A DNA stretch of 64,000 bases from Candidatus Doudnabacteria bacterium (GCA_037200925.1 JBBCGO010000001.1:179822-243821), one strand, 5' to 3'. Shown: positions 1 through 11,147, counted from the first letter of the stretch. Notes: generated by a model from the sequence alone, not told the origin. A program made the numbers and translations.

Positions 1-408
1 GTCAAAGTCATAAATATGCTGCTTGACGAGCATCCAGGCTTTGACATCAGTCAGAATTTTAAAATCACCCGGCAATCCTATATCCAAGGCATGCTGCAGC
101 AGGATCTTTTGCGCAAACGCATGAAAAGTTGAAATTGTAATTTCGGAATAGCCCAAAGGCATGAGCAGATCCACTCGCTCCTCCATTTCGTTCGCTGCTT
201 TTTCCGTGAAAGTCAGGGCCAGAATTTCATCCGGTTTTGCCAGGCCTTGCTCGATCAGCCAAACGATACGGCGGGTCAAAACCGTGGTTTTGCCAGTTCC
301 CGCTCCGGCAATAATTAATAATGGACCATCGCCAAAAGTCACGGCTTTTTCCTGCTGCTCGTTCAAGCCTTCTAAAACTTGGGATTTTTCTTTCAAATTC
401 GCTTTCAT
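1..408 (-). CDS. uvrD: UvrD/PcrA-family DNA helicase, N-terminal part (gene runs off window start)
   Basis: Minus-strand frame from ATG at 408 reads MKANLKEKSQVLEGLNEQQEKAVTFGDGPLLIIAGAGTGKTTVLTRRIVWLIEQGL...; Walker A GAGTGKT and the helicase motif I context are typical of UvrD/PcrA. Not in the ORF track because it has no stop within the window. Confidence 0.8.
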   Translation of the reverse strand, partial: MKANLKEKSQVLEGLNEQQEKAVTFGDGPLLIIAGAGTGKTTVLTRRIVWLIEQGLAKPDEILALTFTEKAANEMEERVDLLMPLGYSEITISTFHAFAQKILLQHALDIGLPGDFKILTDVKAWMLVKQHIYDFD

Positions 409-486
409 ATGGATGATTATAACATTTTTGGCAAAAGAAAAAGGATCGGTATAAACCCAATCCTGTTTTAGTATTTTGGTATCTTT

Positions 487-1122
487 TCAGTTCATTTTAG
501 GCTGGCGCACGAGCTTGCCGTTGACGGGTACGAATTCGGCCATCGTTTGGGCGATGGCCGCATCATAGGCCGCCGTGTGCTCAAAAGCCTTGCGCATCAT
601 CTCGAACCGGAATTCCAAGCGCACACCACCGGGCAGATCGCTTTCAAACAAGAACCTCGGATAATCCAACGGATCGACCAGAACCACGACATCGCGGGAG
701 TTTTTGGCCGCCGCGCGTAAGAGCGTGGGACCGCCGATGTCGATATTCTCAATGAGATCGTCGTATCCGGCGTCAGGCTTGGCCGCCGTCTGCAAAAACG
801 GGTAGAGGTTCACCACGACCAGGTCGATCGCCCCCATGTTGAGCTTTTCTTCCAGCTGTTTCATGTCCTGGGGATTATCGCGGCGGGCCAGAATGCCGCC
901 TGCGATCTTGGGATGGATCGTTTTTACCCGTCCACCCAGCATTTCAGGCACGCCAGTGATGGATTCGATCTTGACCACCGGCACTTTCGCAACAGCCAGT
1001 GCTTCCTTGGTCCCGCCGGTGGAGATGATCATCCATTCTCTGGCCGTCAGCGCCCGGCCAAGCTCCGGCACTCCGGTCTTGTCCGAAACGCTGATGAGCG
1101 CGCGTCGCACTGATCCTCCCAT
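487..1122 (-). CDS. purH: Stand-alone IMP cyclohydrolase (PurH N-terminal MGS-like domain only)
   Basis: RALISVSDKTG...ISTGGT...GGRVKTIHPKIAGGILARRD...DLVVVNLYPF matches the IMPCH half of PurH. Only ~212 aa, no AICAR transformylase domain. ATG at 1122 preceded by AAGGAGGAG; the track's longer form starts at a TTG. Confidence 0.75.
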   Translation of the reverse strand: MGGSVRRALISVSDKTGVPELGRALTAREWMIISTGGTKEALAVAKVPVVKIESITGVPEMLGGRVKTIHPKIAGGILARRDNPQDMKQLEEKLNMGAIDLVVVNLYPFLQTAAKPDAGYDDLIENIDIGGPTLLRAAAKNSRDVVVLVDPLDYPRFLFESDLPGGVRLEFRFEMMRKAFEHTAAYDAAIAQTMAEFVPVNGKLVRQPKMN

Positions 1123-1205
1123 AGCTCCTCCTTGCAAAGTTGAATGTATACTAACATCTTTGGCCAAAATAAAAAACAGCCGAAGCTGTTCTTTATTTGA
1201 GTTCC

Positions 1206-1282
1206 TGGTGCGCCTGGCAGGAATCGAACCGGCAGCCTTCTCCTTCGGAGGGAGACGCTCTATCCATTGAGCTACAGGCGCT
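1206..1282 (-). tRNA. tRNA-Arg (anticodon CCG)
   Basis: Minus-strand GCGCCTGTAGCTCAATGGATAGAGCGTCTCCCTCCGAAGGAGAAGGCTGCCGGTTCGATTCCGGCAGGCGCACCA; anticodon loop CU-CCG-AA; GTTCGATTC T-loop; encoded CCA. Confidence 0.8.
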
Positions 1283-1323
1283 CGTCAAAATGAATATTCT
1301 TGTACGCGCTTTGATTTTGTAAA

Positions 1324-1839
1324 CTATCTTTTACCTCTGTTATTCCTTATCGGCATCAGGTACTTGCGCGGGTCAGTATCCAGGTCCAAATAACTGTCCA
1401 CAAGGTCCCGCATCTTGGTTGAAGTGCTTTTGCCGAACGAGACCAATTCCACTCTTTGACCCAAAACCTGTAAGTATTCCAGAAGCGGAATAAAGTCGCC
1501 GTCGCCGGAAGCCAAAACCACCACATCCAGTTTCGGGTTCATTTTAATGATATCCATGACTATCCCGACATCCCAGTCGCCTTTTTTCGCTCCGCCGTAA
1601 AAACTCTGCAGGTCTTTCAGCCTGACCTCAAACCCGGCTTTTTCCAGAGCATCAAAAAATTTCTGCTCCTCAGGCATATCGGCCTTGATGCCGTATGCGA
1701 TCGCTTTGACCAAGGGCCGTTCGCCCACTGCGTCCCTTAAAATATTGGTAAAATTCACCCGCGCGTTATAAACATTTCGCGCCGTATAATAAAGATTCTG
1801 CACATCCACAAACACTCCAACTCTCTGCTCGGCTTTCAT
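1324..1839 (-). CDS. NYN-domain (LabA-like, PIN-like) protein
   Basis: 171 aa; VVLASGDGDFIPLLEYLQ and upstream acidic residues fit the NYN/LabA fold. Confidence 0.6.
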   Translation of the reverse strand: MKAEQRVGVFVDVQNLYYTARNVYNARVNFTNILRDAVGERPLVKAIAYGIKADMPEEQKFFDALEKAGFEVRLKDLQSFYGGAKKGDWDVGIVMDIIKMNPKLDVVVLASGDGDFIPLLEYLQVLGQRVELVSFGKSTSTKMRDLVDSYLDLDTDPRKYLMPIRNNRGKR

Positions 1840-1857
1840 TTATTTTGAGTTAATTAT

Positions 1858-2874
1858 TTATAAAAGTTTATCCATGCTTGCTTGGGGCAATTCTTCCGTC
1901 TTTGTATCTAACTGCAGATTGGAAGCGTTCGTAATCTGGTTTTTCAACTTAGCATAGCTGTCAGTCACGGTGCCCATGGTATTATTGGTGTTTTTCACAT
2001 GATTGGCAAGCGTGTCCAGGGTCCTATTAAATTTATCGCTCTCCTGCTTGATGCCGTTGATCATGGCCAAAACCTGCTGGGCTGCCTTGCTGATCTGCTG
2101 GCCTTTCAGCGACAAAAGGATGGCCCGCAAATTTATGTTCAAAGTATTCGGGCCCACGATCACGACTTTTTTGCCTCGCGCATAAGCCTGGGCATCCATA
2201 TCTTCCGCCACCTCCATATATACTCCCTCGCTCGGAATGAACATAAAAGCATAGTCCAAAGTGCCTTCCTGGGGCAGGATGTATTTTTTATGAATTTCAT
2301 CAATGCGCCTTTTTACATCTTTCAGGAATGATTTTTTCAGGCTATCCGCCGCTTCGTCTGTCTTGGCCTCTTTGTAAAGCCTATAATTCTCCATGGAAAA
2401 CTTGCTGTCGATCGGGATGAGAATATCCCCGACCACCAGGGCTGCGTCCACGACATCGCCGTTCTTGAACCGATACTGGAATTTGCACAGTTCTTTCGGG
2501 AAAACATCGGTCAGAAGATTTTCCAAAATTTCTTCGCCAAAGTTGCCGCGCAGCTTGGGCGAAGTTAAAGTTTCCGTCAACCTGCGGATGTCCGGCCCTA
2601 TCTGCGACACTCCGCCCAGTTCCTTGGTCAGCTGGGCGATCACTCGGCCCGCATTATCCAGCCGTTCATTGATCGCTTTGTTCGTTTCATCAATGCTTTT
2701 TTGCATGCCGACGCGGGTCGTTTCGGTTCCCTGCTTTATTTCCTTCATCCATTCCATCATGACCTTCAGCGAGTCGTCCTCTTTCTTTATTTCGTCTTTT
2801 TTCCGGAATTGCAAATATGCCAGGAAGGCAAATCCGGCAATAACCACGATTAGAAGTAAATTTGATTGGTTCAT
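1858..2874 (-). CDS. rmuC: DNA recombination protein RmuC
   Basis: 338 aa; N-terminal TM helix, long coiled coil, then C-terminal RmuC nuclease-like region (FMFIPSEGVY...VVIVGPNTL). Confidence 0.75.
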   Translation of the reverse strand: MNQSNLLLIVVIAGFAFLAYLQFRKKDEIKKEDDSLKVMMEWMKEIKQGTETTRVGMQKSIDETNKAINERLDNAGRVIAQLTKELGGVSQIGPDIRRLTETLTSPKLRGNFGEEILENLLTDVFPKELCKFQYRFKNGDVVDAALVVGDILIPIDSKFSMENYRLYKEAKTDEAADSLKKSFLKDVKRRIDEIHKKYILPQEGTLDYAFMFIPSEGVYMEVAEDMDAQAYARGKKVVIVGPNTLNINLRAILLSLKGQQISKAAQQVLAMINGIKQESDKFNRTLDTLANHVKNTNNTMGTVTDSYAKLKNQITNASNLQLDTKTEELPQASMDKLL

Positions 2875-3566
2875 AAAACTATTTCCTGCGCCTCCGAATT
2901 AATAAGTTCAACGATTTTCGCGGCTACATCCTCGGGTTGATCCACCGAAGGCATGCCGCCGGGGCGCTTGGTGAAATCAGGTCTTTGGCCTACGGAATTG
3001 GCGCCAAAATCCGTCGCAGTCATTTTCGGCAGAATCGCGCTGACAATAATTTTATCCTCCGCCAGTTCGGCGCGGGCGGTGAAAGTCAGGGCATTCAGCG
3101 CGTGTTTGGTGGAGGCATATGCTGAAAGACCGGGAATAAACATTCGTGAGAGGCCGGAGCTGACATTTACAATCATCCCGCCGCCTTGCTTGCGCATCAG
3201 CGGTATCACAGCCTGCATCATTTCGACTACCGCAAAAATATTTAATTCCATGACCTGCCGGAAGTCATCTACATTGATGTTTTCTAAATTACCGTAAATC
3301 CCCTGTCCCGCGTTATTAATCAAAATATCAACCCGGCCAAATTTCTCGATTGTTTTTGCCGCTAAGTTTTTAATGTCCTTGAGTTTGCGCAAATCCGAAG
3401 GTACTGCCAAAGAACCAGACAGTTCCGCCTGGAGTTTCTGAAGTTTATCTGCAGAACGAGCCGCCAGAACAACTTTGGCTCCTGCCTGGCTTAGGATCTT
3501 TGCCGTGGCCAAACCGATCCCTTGCGAAGCACCCGTAATAATAATGACTTTGTCTTTTATTTGCAT
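2871..3566 (-). CDS. SDR-family short-chain dehydrogenase/reductase
   Basis: TGASQGIG Rossmann motif, NNAG, catalytic YASTK; 231 aa. Confidence 0.85.
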   Translation of the reverse strand: MQIKDKVIIITGASQGIGLATAKILSQAGAKVVLAARSADKLQKLQAELSGSLAVPSDLRKLKDIKNLAAKTIEKFGRVDILINNAGQGIYGNLENINVDDFRQVMELNIFAVVEMMQAVIPLMRKQGGGMIVNVSSGLSRMFIPGLSAYASTKHALNALTFTARAELAEDKIIVSAILPKMTATDFGANSVGQRPDFTKRPGGMPSVDQPEDVAAKIVELINSEAQEIVL

Positions 3567-3678
3567 GGGCTAATTATACTTGATTTTGTGAACTAAGAGT
3601 AGTATAATCACAAAGCTACAGGATTTCGATTTTCGAGGTGACATAGGAAATCCGAACCTGTTTTTGTTTTAATAACGA

Positions 3679-3753
3679 CGCGGGGTAGAGAAATGGCATC
3701 TCGCAAGGCTCATAACCTTGAGATTGTGGGTTCGAGTCCCACCCCCGCAACCA
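3679..3753 (+). tRNA. tRNA-Met (CAT), probable initiator tRNA (C1:A72 mismatch)
   Basis: CGCGGGG-TA-GAGA/TCTC D-arm, anticodon stem CAAGG/CCTTG with loop CTCATAA, T-arm GTGGG-TTCGAGT-CCCAC, 3' CCCCGCA-A-CCA. Position 1 C faces A72, the hallmark of bacterial initiator tRNA. Confidence 0.65.
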
Positions 3754-3817
3754 AAAAATAGAATACATAGGTTATAATATTTACGGAATAACTGAGTCGC
3801 AGGCCGAAGGCGATAAC

Positions 3818-3893
3818 GGCTGGGTAGCTCAATCGGTAGAGCGTGGGACTCATAAGCCCGAGGTAGTGGGTTCGAAACCCACCCCAGCCACCA
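3818..3893 (+). tRNA. tRNA with CAT anticodon (elongator Met or Ile2/lysidine)
   Basis: GGCTGGG...GCTCAATCGGTAGAGC...CTCATAA...GTGGGTTCGAAACCCAC-CCCAGCC-A-CCA; G1:C72 intact. Confidence 0.65.
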
Positions 3894-3894
3894 T

Positions 3895-3972
3895 GGGTCC
3901 GTGGTGTAGCCCGGTTAACACGTCCCCCTGTCACGGGGAAGATCGAGGGTTCAAATCCCTTCGGACCCGCCA
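3895..3972 (+). tRNA. tRNA-Asp (GTC)
   Basis: GGGTCCG...anticodon stem TCCCC/GGGGA with loop CTGTCAC...GGGTTCAAATCCC...CGGACCC-G-CCA. Begins 1 nt after the preceding tRNA. Confidence 0.8.
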
Positions 3973-4047
3973 CAAAGAGCATCTCATTTATTTTGAGGTG
4001 TTTTTTGTTCAATATTCTGCTCGTACGAGCAGAAAGTGGGACAAAAA

Positions 4048-5427
4048 TCATTTCAAATAGGCGCGAAGTTCCTTCTCATTCTTTATTTTGCCTAAGACAA
4101 TTTGGATTTTTACATCTTCAATTTTTTGTCCAACCTCAATACCGGGCTTAAGCTTGGTGTATTTCATGATCAAACCTCCCCGAGCCAGCTTATCTATTAT
4201 TGCTTGCTTGCTTGCGACAAGACCAAAAAGTTTCTTACCAATTGTATAAGCTGACGAAACTTGATTCAAAAGCTTGCCTCTGATCGAACGCGTATTTGCC
4301 AGAGAGTCTACCCGCCACAATTCCAAAAGCAACTCAATGTTCGGAACCATCAAATATTTAAGCTGCTGACTCTCATTCCAACTTTTAAACGGGGATCTGT
4401 CATCGTGATGCTTAATAAGCCAGCTGGTCAAATTCGCTTGTTTGCTTGGAAACCTGAATTTCAACGCAAATTTATCAAAAATTTCTTTAGATAAATCAAT
4501 ATGCCCGATAAAAGAAAACCTTGTTTCATTATCTTTAAACACTTTCGTCGGCTTGATGATTTTTCCCGTATCATGGAATAGCGTTGCGTAAATAAGCTCG
4601 GTCGGGCTATTGTCCGGCAAGAGCTCCAATGCTCTATTCGTATGCGTAAGCACATCTCCTTCCAAATGATGGAGCTTGGATCTGTGCTGAACAGTTTTCA
4701 GTTTTTCAAATTGCGGGATAATAAATCTCAGCAACCCGCTTTTATCCAACAATCTCAGCCCTTCGACTCGGTTCTCTGAAAGCAAAATTTTATCCAATTC
4801 CGCTTTTACCCGCTCACCCGATATTTCCTGGATATATTTAGCCCGCGTTTTGACCGCGGCGAACGAATTTTTTTCCAGTTTGAAGCCAAGCTGAGTTGCC
4901 AATCTGACCCCACGAAGCATGCGCAAAGCATCTTCGTCAATGCGTTTCTTGGGATCACCCACAAATCGCAATATTTTGCCTTTCAAATCCTTCAATCCGT
5001 TTGCCGGATCATAAAGCTCTTTTTTGACCGGGTCAAAATATAAAGCATTGATGGTAAAATCCCGCCTTTTTGCATCATCCAAATATTCCCGGATAAATTG
5101 CACCTGGTCAGGGTGGCGTTTATCGGAATACCGCCCTTCGGAGCGGAATGTTGTGATCTCAATAGGAAACGAGTCAACAATTGCTAAAATCGAACCGAAT
5201 TGTTTGCCGACAGGTTTAGTTTTTATGCCTGTCGCTTGAAGCGTTTTTTCGATCTCATCCGGCAGAGCGTCAGTGGCAATATCAACATTATCACTTTCGC
5301 GCTTCAGCATAATATTGCGGACAATTCCTCCAACCCAAAAGGCCTGAAAGTTGTTTGCGTGGAGGAACTTTACAACTTTCAGGCCTGCTTTATCTAATTC
5401 ATTTCTTAATTTGAAACTGATTTTCAT
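4048..5427 (-). CDS. cca: CCA-adding tRNA nucleotidyltransferase / poly(A) polymerase family with HD domain
   Basis: 459 aa; GGIVRN...DVDIATDA nucleotidyltransferase head, central RNA-binding region, HD-like C-terminus (HDTGK...HH). Confidence 0.8.
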   Translation of the reverse strand: MKISFKLRNELDKAGLKVVKFLHANNFQAFWVGGIVRNIMLKRESDNVDIATDALPDEIEKTLQATGIKTKPVGKQFGSILAIVDSFPIEITTFRSEGRYSDKRHPDQVQFIREYLDDAKRRDFTINALYFDPVKKELYDPANGLKDLKGKILRFVGDPKKRIDEDALRMLRGVRLATQLGFKLEKNSFAAVKTRAKYIQEISGERVKAELDKILLSENRVEGLRLLDKSGLLRFIIPQFEKLKTVQHRSKLHHLEGDVLTHTNRALELLPDNSPTELIYATLFHDTGKIIKPTKVFKDNETRFSFIGHIDLSKEIFDKFALKFRFPSKQANLTSWLIKHHDDRSPFKSWNESQQLKYLMVPNIELLLELWRVDSLANTRSIRGKLLNQVSSAYTIGKKLFGLVASKQAIIDKLARGGLIMKYTKLKPGIEVGQKIEDVKIQIVLGKIKNEKELRAYLK

Positions 5428-5870
5428 TATTCTTTCAGTACTCCTGATTCCAGATTCTGATGCGTATGCGTGCGGTGCTTTCTGGCCACGCGCAGGCGCG
5501 CGCTGTTTTTTGAGAGCTCGGCCGCTGCTCCCGCAAATGCTGTTTCATCTCTAACGGTTTTCTGCATCAATTTTTTGGCCGCTTCTCTTGCCTGTTCCGC
5601 TCTTTGAATATCTATTTCCGGGCCAAACTCCGCAGTGTCAGCCAAAACCACGACCTCGTTGCCGTTCTTGACCTCTATCACGCCCCCGGAGACCACGAAA
5701 AAATTCTCTTTGCCCCCGGATCTGTATCGGATCTCGCCTGCGGCCAAATTCGCCACCAAAGGAATATGATGAGGCAGGATCGTGATCTCTCCCATGGTTG
5801 TAGGCAAAGTTAAAGACTCAACCTCGGTTTCCAGCATGATGCGCTCTGGTGTGGCTATTTTGAATTTCAT
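5427..5870 (-). CDS. atpC: F1 ATP synthase epsilon subunit
   Basis: 147 aa; beta-sandwich N-domain (LPTTMGEITILPHHIPL...GGVIEV) and helical C-terminus; sits downstream of atpD. Confidence 0.8.
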   Translation of the reverse strand: MKFKIATPERIMLETEVESLTLPTTMGEITILPHHIPLVANLAAGEIRYRSGGKENFFVVSGGVIEVKNGNEVVVLADTAEFGPEIDIQRAEQAREAAKKLMQKTVRDETAFAGAAAELSKNSARLRVARKHRTHTHQNLESGVLKE

Positions 5871-5872
5871 AG

Positions 5873-5968
5873 AATTTTTCTGTCATTCCCGCGAAAGCGG
5901 GGATCCAGTTATTAAGCCTAATATCTGGATCCCGGATCATGTCCGGGATGACATGCTTCGCATGTCAT
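5873..5968. repeat. Intergenic palindromic element (nested hairpins) between atpC and atpD
   Basis: tgtcattcccgcgaaagcggggatccag...ctggatcccggatcatgtccgggatgacatgcttcgcatgtcatc. cccgc-gaaa-gcggg hairpin, ggatccag/ctggatcc inverted repeat, and gatgacatgc/gcatgtcatc inverted repeat. Confidence 0.6.
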
Positions 5969-5969
5969 C

Positions 5970-7346
<1,377 letters not shown>

Positions 7347-7443
7347 TTAATTTTATCATATATTGCCATGAAACAAATTGCGGATGAACGACGTTTCAAT
7401 AATATGGCAAGCGCAGCCAAAGCACAATTTCATGGAGGTTCCT

Positions 7444-7725
7444 ATGGCCAGTAAAGCCCCCGCCGGCCCCCTCGATAATTTCTGCCGGAAGTTGGCGGCG
7501 GCAGAAGGAAGCAAATCCACTCCCGAGAAATACCGTCAGGCTCTCGACGATATATTCGACGCTGCGGGACGCGATCCGCAGATCGAATTGGTGGTCATGC
7601 TCCGCAAAGGAAATGATGTCACTCTTCTGGGGGTAAAAAAGGGTGAGGTAATCGCCAACGACAGCAGCGAATTCAGGAAGATCCTTCGGCCGATCCTTAC
7701 CCGGCTCATCGACGAGACCTTCTGA
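7444..7725 (+). CDS. Hypothetical small protein (93 aa) encoded antisense inside the ATP synthase operon
   Basis: ORF 7378..7725. Internal ATG at 7444 preceded by GGAGGT with 6-nt spacing; possible TTGCGG-N16-TAATAT promoter upstream; GC ~53% against ~45% locally; terminator follows. No family recognised. Confidence 0.5.
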   Translation: MASKAPAGPLDNFCRKLAAAEGSKSTPEKYRQALDDIFDAAGRDPQIELVVMLRKGNDVTLLGVKKGEVIANDSSEFRKILRPILTRLIDETF

Positions 7726-7729
7726 CCTT

Positions 7730-7786
7730 AGGGCGCGGTTCGATTTTGGCTTTCAAAGCCATCAATCCTCTGCGCCTATTTTTTTA
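7730..7786 (+). terminator. Rho-independent terminator after the antisense small gene
   Basis: gggcgcgg...ggctttcaaagcc...ctgcgcc hairpin followed by tattttttt. Confidence 0.5.
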
Positions 7787-7795
7787 CAAAAGAAC

Positions 7796-8665
7796 TCACT
7801 CTTCCATCGCCAATTTAGCTGCGGAGATCTCAGATAATTCTCTTGTAATCCCCGCCTGTCTGGCCTGGTTAAAACTTAACGACAGATCTTCGATGAGATC
7901 CGCGGCCGCATCATTGGCGTTGCGCATGGCCACCATGCGGGCGGAATGTTCGGAAGCAGCCGCCTCAACCAGTGTCTGGTAAACCGCAAATTCTACGGTC
8001 CTGGTTATCAAACTTTCCAGCACTTCAGCAGGACTCGGCTCAAACAGCAGATCCTGCTTTATCTCCTCCCCTTCGGATGAAAACGGCAAAAGCTGGAGAA
8101 TATTCGGGCGCTGAACCAGAGTTGAAACGAAATCCGTATAGATTATGAAAACTTTTTCGTATTTGAACGCCAAAAAATCCTGGATGGCGATCTGCGCGAT
8201 GGCCTTTGAATCAGTGAAGCTGACCTTGTCTTTGGCCGGGAACGCGGCCACGATATTGTGCCCTGACCTTCTGATCGCATCCGCGCCTTTTTTGCCGATC
8301 GTGATAAAATCGAATTTTTCGGAACCGTTCTCTTTCAAAAGATCTAAAGCTTTACCGATGACATTGGCATTGAACGCTCCCGCCAGACCGCGGTCTGAGG
8401 AAACCAGAATGGCCAGGATCTTTTGGACCGGGATTTTTTGATCATCAGGCAAAACGCGGTTGATCAGCGGATTGCTGCTCAGATCGGATTTTGCCGCCAG
8501 ATTTTTCAAAAGCTGGGACGACAAAGTCGCATACGGACGGGAAGAAGTGGCCGCAACCTGTGCTTTGCGCATTTTGGCGGCCGATACTAATTCCATAGCT
8601 TTGGTTATCTGGCCGATGCTGGTGACGGATTTTATCCGGCGTTTGATCTCCTTGGAATTAGCCAT
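7796..8665 (-). CDS. atpG: F1 ATP synthase gamma subunit
   Basis: 289 aa; [36 protein letters not shown] is the canonical gamma N-terminus. Confidence 0.9.
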   Translation of the reverse strand: MANSKEIKRRIKSVTSIGQITKAMELVSAAKMRKAQVAATSSRPYATLSSQLLKNLAAKSDLSSNPLINRVLPDDQKIPVQKILAILVSSDRGLAGAFNANVIGKALDLLKENGSEKFDFITIGKKGADAIRRSGHNIVAAFPAKDKVSFTDSKAIAQIAIQDFLAFKYEKVFIIYTDFVSTLVQRPNILQLLPFSSEGEEIKQDLLFEPSPAEVLESLITRTVEFAVYQTLVEAAASEHSARMVAMRNANDAAADLIEDLSLSFNQARQAGITRELSEISAAKLAMEE

Positions 8666-10151
8666 AAGATTTTTTAAACTCCTCGATCGCTTTCTTTAAT
8701 TGCGTTTCGCTCTTTTCATTCAATTCCTTTTCAGTGGCAATTGATCGAAGCAGATCTTTTTTCTGGATATCCAGGAATTTGTGGAAATTAGTTTCCCAAT
8801 CTTTGACCTTATCAACAGGGACGTCATCCAAAAGGCCGTTAACACCGGCATAAAGAACGGCTACCTGATGTTCCACCGGCATTGGCTGGTACTGATCTTG
8901 TTTCAAAATTTCGGTCATGCGCAATCCGAGCTCAATGCGGGCCCTGGTCTGCGGGTCCAGGTCCGAGGCAAATTGCGCAAAAGCCGCAAATGCACGGTAT
9001 TGGGCCAGATCCAGGCGAAGTTTGCCTGCGACTTTTTTGATCGCCTTGATCTGTGCGGCCGATCCTACACGTGAGACCGACAAGCCTACGTTTACCGCAG
9101 GCCTGATGCCCTGGTAAAACAGGTCGGTTTCCAGATAGATCTGGCCGTCGGTGATCGAAATGACGTTTGTGGGAATGTATGCTGACATATCCCCGGCCTG
9201 TGTTTCAATGATCGGCAAAGCCGTGAGTGAGCCGCCGCCTTTGGCCTTGCTCATTTTGGCCGCGCGCTCAAGAAGGCGCGAATGCAGATAGAAAACATCG
9301 CCGGGATATGCTTCGCGGCCCGGAGGGCGGCGGAGCAACAGAGAAATCTCGCGGTAAGCCACGGCATGCTTGGACAGGTCATCGTAAATTATCAGGGCAT
9401 GTTTGCCCTGATCCATGAAGTATTCGCCCATAGCACAGCCCGCAAACGGCGCGATGTACGAGAGAGCCGCGGGGTCAGAAGCGCCGGCCAGCACAATTAT
9501 CGTGTGTTTGAGAGCATCGTGCTTTTCAAGTTCCGCCATGATCCTTGCAACTTTTGATTCCTTCTGCCCGATGGCAACATAAATGCAGATGACATCATTG
9601 CCTTTTTGGTTGATGATGGTGTCAATCGCGATGGCGGTCTTTCCGGTTTGCCTATCGCCAATTATCAATTCTCTTTGTCCTTTGCCGATGGGGATCATGG
9701 CATCGATCGCTTTAATGCCGGTCTGCAACGGCTCATTGACCGATTGTCTTTCAATAACCCCAGGCGCGATCTTCTCCACAGGATAGCGCTTATCGGCTTT
9801 TATCCCGCCTTTATTGTCCAAAGGCTCGCCCAGAGGATTCACAACGCGCCCAACCAAGGCCTCGCCCACAGGTACTGACAGGAGTTTGCCCGTGGCAGTG
9901 ACCTTATCCCCTTGCTTGATGCTCGTGTCTGAACCAAGCAAGATCACGCCGATCGAATCCTGATCCAGGTTCAGGGCAACTCCGACAATACCTCCGGGAA
10001 ACTCCAGCATTTCGGAGGCCTTAACGTTTGAAAGGCCCGCGACCTTGGCGATACCGTCACCGACGCTTAAAACAGTGCCTACTGTTTCCAGTTTGGCATT
10101 GGTCTGAAAATCTTCTATCCGGTTTTTAAGTTGTGCGATGATGTCGGGCAT
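8658..10151 (-). CDS. atpA: F1 ATP synthase alpha subunit
   Basis: 497 aa; GDRQTGKT Walker A; alpha-type N-terminal barrel. Confidence 0.95.
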   Translation of the reverse strand: MPDIIAQLKNRIEDFQTNAKLETVGTVLSVGDGIAKVAGLSNVKASEMLEFPGGIVGVALNLDQDSIGVILLGSDTSIKQGDKVTATGKLLSVPVGEALVGRVVNPLGEPLDNKGGIKADKRYPVEKIAPGVIERQSVNEPLQTGIKAIDAMIPIGKGQRELIIGDRQTGKTAIAIDTIINQKGNDVICIYVAIGQKESKVARIMAELEKHDALKHTIIVLAGASDPAALSYIAPFAGCAMGEYFMDQGKHALIIYDDLSKHAVAYREISLLLRRPPGREAYPGDVFYLHSRLLERAAKMSKAKGGGSLTALPIIETQAGDMSAYIPTNVISITDGQIYLETDLFYQGIRPAVNVGLSVSRVGSAAQIKAIKKVAGKLRLDLAQYRAFAAFAQFASDLDPQTRARIELGLRMTEILKQDQYQPMPVEHQVAVLYAGVNGLLDDVPVDKVKDWETNFHKFLDIQKKDLLRSIATEKELNEKSETQLKKAIEEFKKSYG

Positions 10152-10152
10152 A

Positions 10153-10551
10153 TTATTTGTTTAATTCATTCTTTAATTGTTCTAAATTATTTTTCACCGA
10201 AGCGTCGATCATTTTGTCGTCAAATTTTATGACCACGCCGCCTACCAACTGCTCATCCACCTTCTTTTTTAATTCGTAATGCCCTTTAGCGAGTTTGTTC
10301 AGTTCATCCAAGATCTGCTCTTCGTTTTCTTTGTTCAAAGGTTTAGCGCTGGTCACGTCCACTTCTTTGATCCCTTTTTTTGCCAGTTCCAGTTTATGAA
10401 ACTCCGAAGCAATGTCATCAAACATCCTTAAATCATTGTTTTCCGACATGGCAGCGACGAAATTATCGAGAATTATATCTATGTGCTTGGGATCTGTGTC
10501 TTCCAATGATTCAAATAAAGCTTCGGCGTATTGCTTGGCTGTAAATTTCAT
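10153..10551 (-). CDS. atpH: F1 ATP synthase delta (OSCP) subunit, short form
   Basis: 132 aa between atpF and atpA; C-terminal [26 protein letters not shown] is delta-like. Shorter than the typical ~180 aa. Confidence 0.7.
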   Translation of the reverse strand: MKFTAKQYAEALFESLEDTDPKHIDIILDNFVAAMSENNDLRMFDDIASEFHKLELAKKGIKEVDVTSAKPLNKENEEQILDELNKLAKGHYELKKKVDEQLVGGVVIKFDDKMIDASVKNNLEQLKNELNK

Positions 10552-10587
10552 AAATGCTTATTAATTTGCTTTGATATGCACTGCATA

Positions 10588-11079
10588 TCAAAGCCCTTTC
10601 ATGCTGCCTTCGATCAGCTCGTGGTCTTTTTTCGGGTCGAGCTTGCCGCGCAGGATTTTCTCCGATGCCGCTACGACCAAAGTCGCCAGTTCCGTCTTGG
10701 CTTCTTTCATCATCTGGACTTTCTCGCTCTCAATGTTGGACTTCGCCTGCTCCAAAACTTTATTGGCCTGATTTTGCGCTTCCACGATCGTTTCCTGCTT
10801 GATCTTATTCGCCGTATCAGTGGTGGTCCGCAAAATATGATCGGCTTCGCTGCGGACTTTTTTCATTTCAGATGTTTTCCATTCCTCGAATTTCTTTTTC
10901 TCCGCTTCCATATGTTCGGCATTCTTCAAGCCTTGTTCGATCTTTTCTGTTCTTTTCGTCAGAGTTGCTCCCAAAGGCTTGACCACCCATTTCCAGAAAA
11001 CAAATAAAACGATGGCGAAGTTAACCAACTGCGCTAAAAATAATTTCCAATCTATTCCCAATGTGCCTAATACTGACAT
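10588..11079 (-). CDS. atpF: Fo ATP synthase subunit b
   Basis: 163 aa; one N-terminal TM helix then a long charged helix. Confidence 0.8.
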   Translation of the reverse strand: MSVLGTLGIDWKLFLAQLVNFAIVLFVFWKWVVKPLGATLTKRTEKIEQGLKNAEHMEAEKKKFEEWKTSEMKKVRSEADHILRTTTDTANKIKQETIVEAQNQANKVLEQAKSNIESEKVQMMKEAKTELATLVVAASEKILRGKLDPKKDHELIEGSMKGL

Positions 11080-11147
11080 ATTTATCCTAATAATTTTTAA
11101 ACCTAGCCTTACCCAGCTCTTGCACGCAAGGGCTGGGCAAAAAAGAT

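Noticed and set aside
3710-4051. 113-aa minus-strand ORF
   Set aside because: Overlaps three tRNA genes and translates their complements; an artefact.
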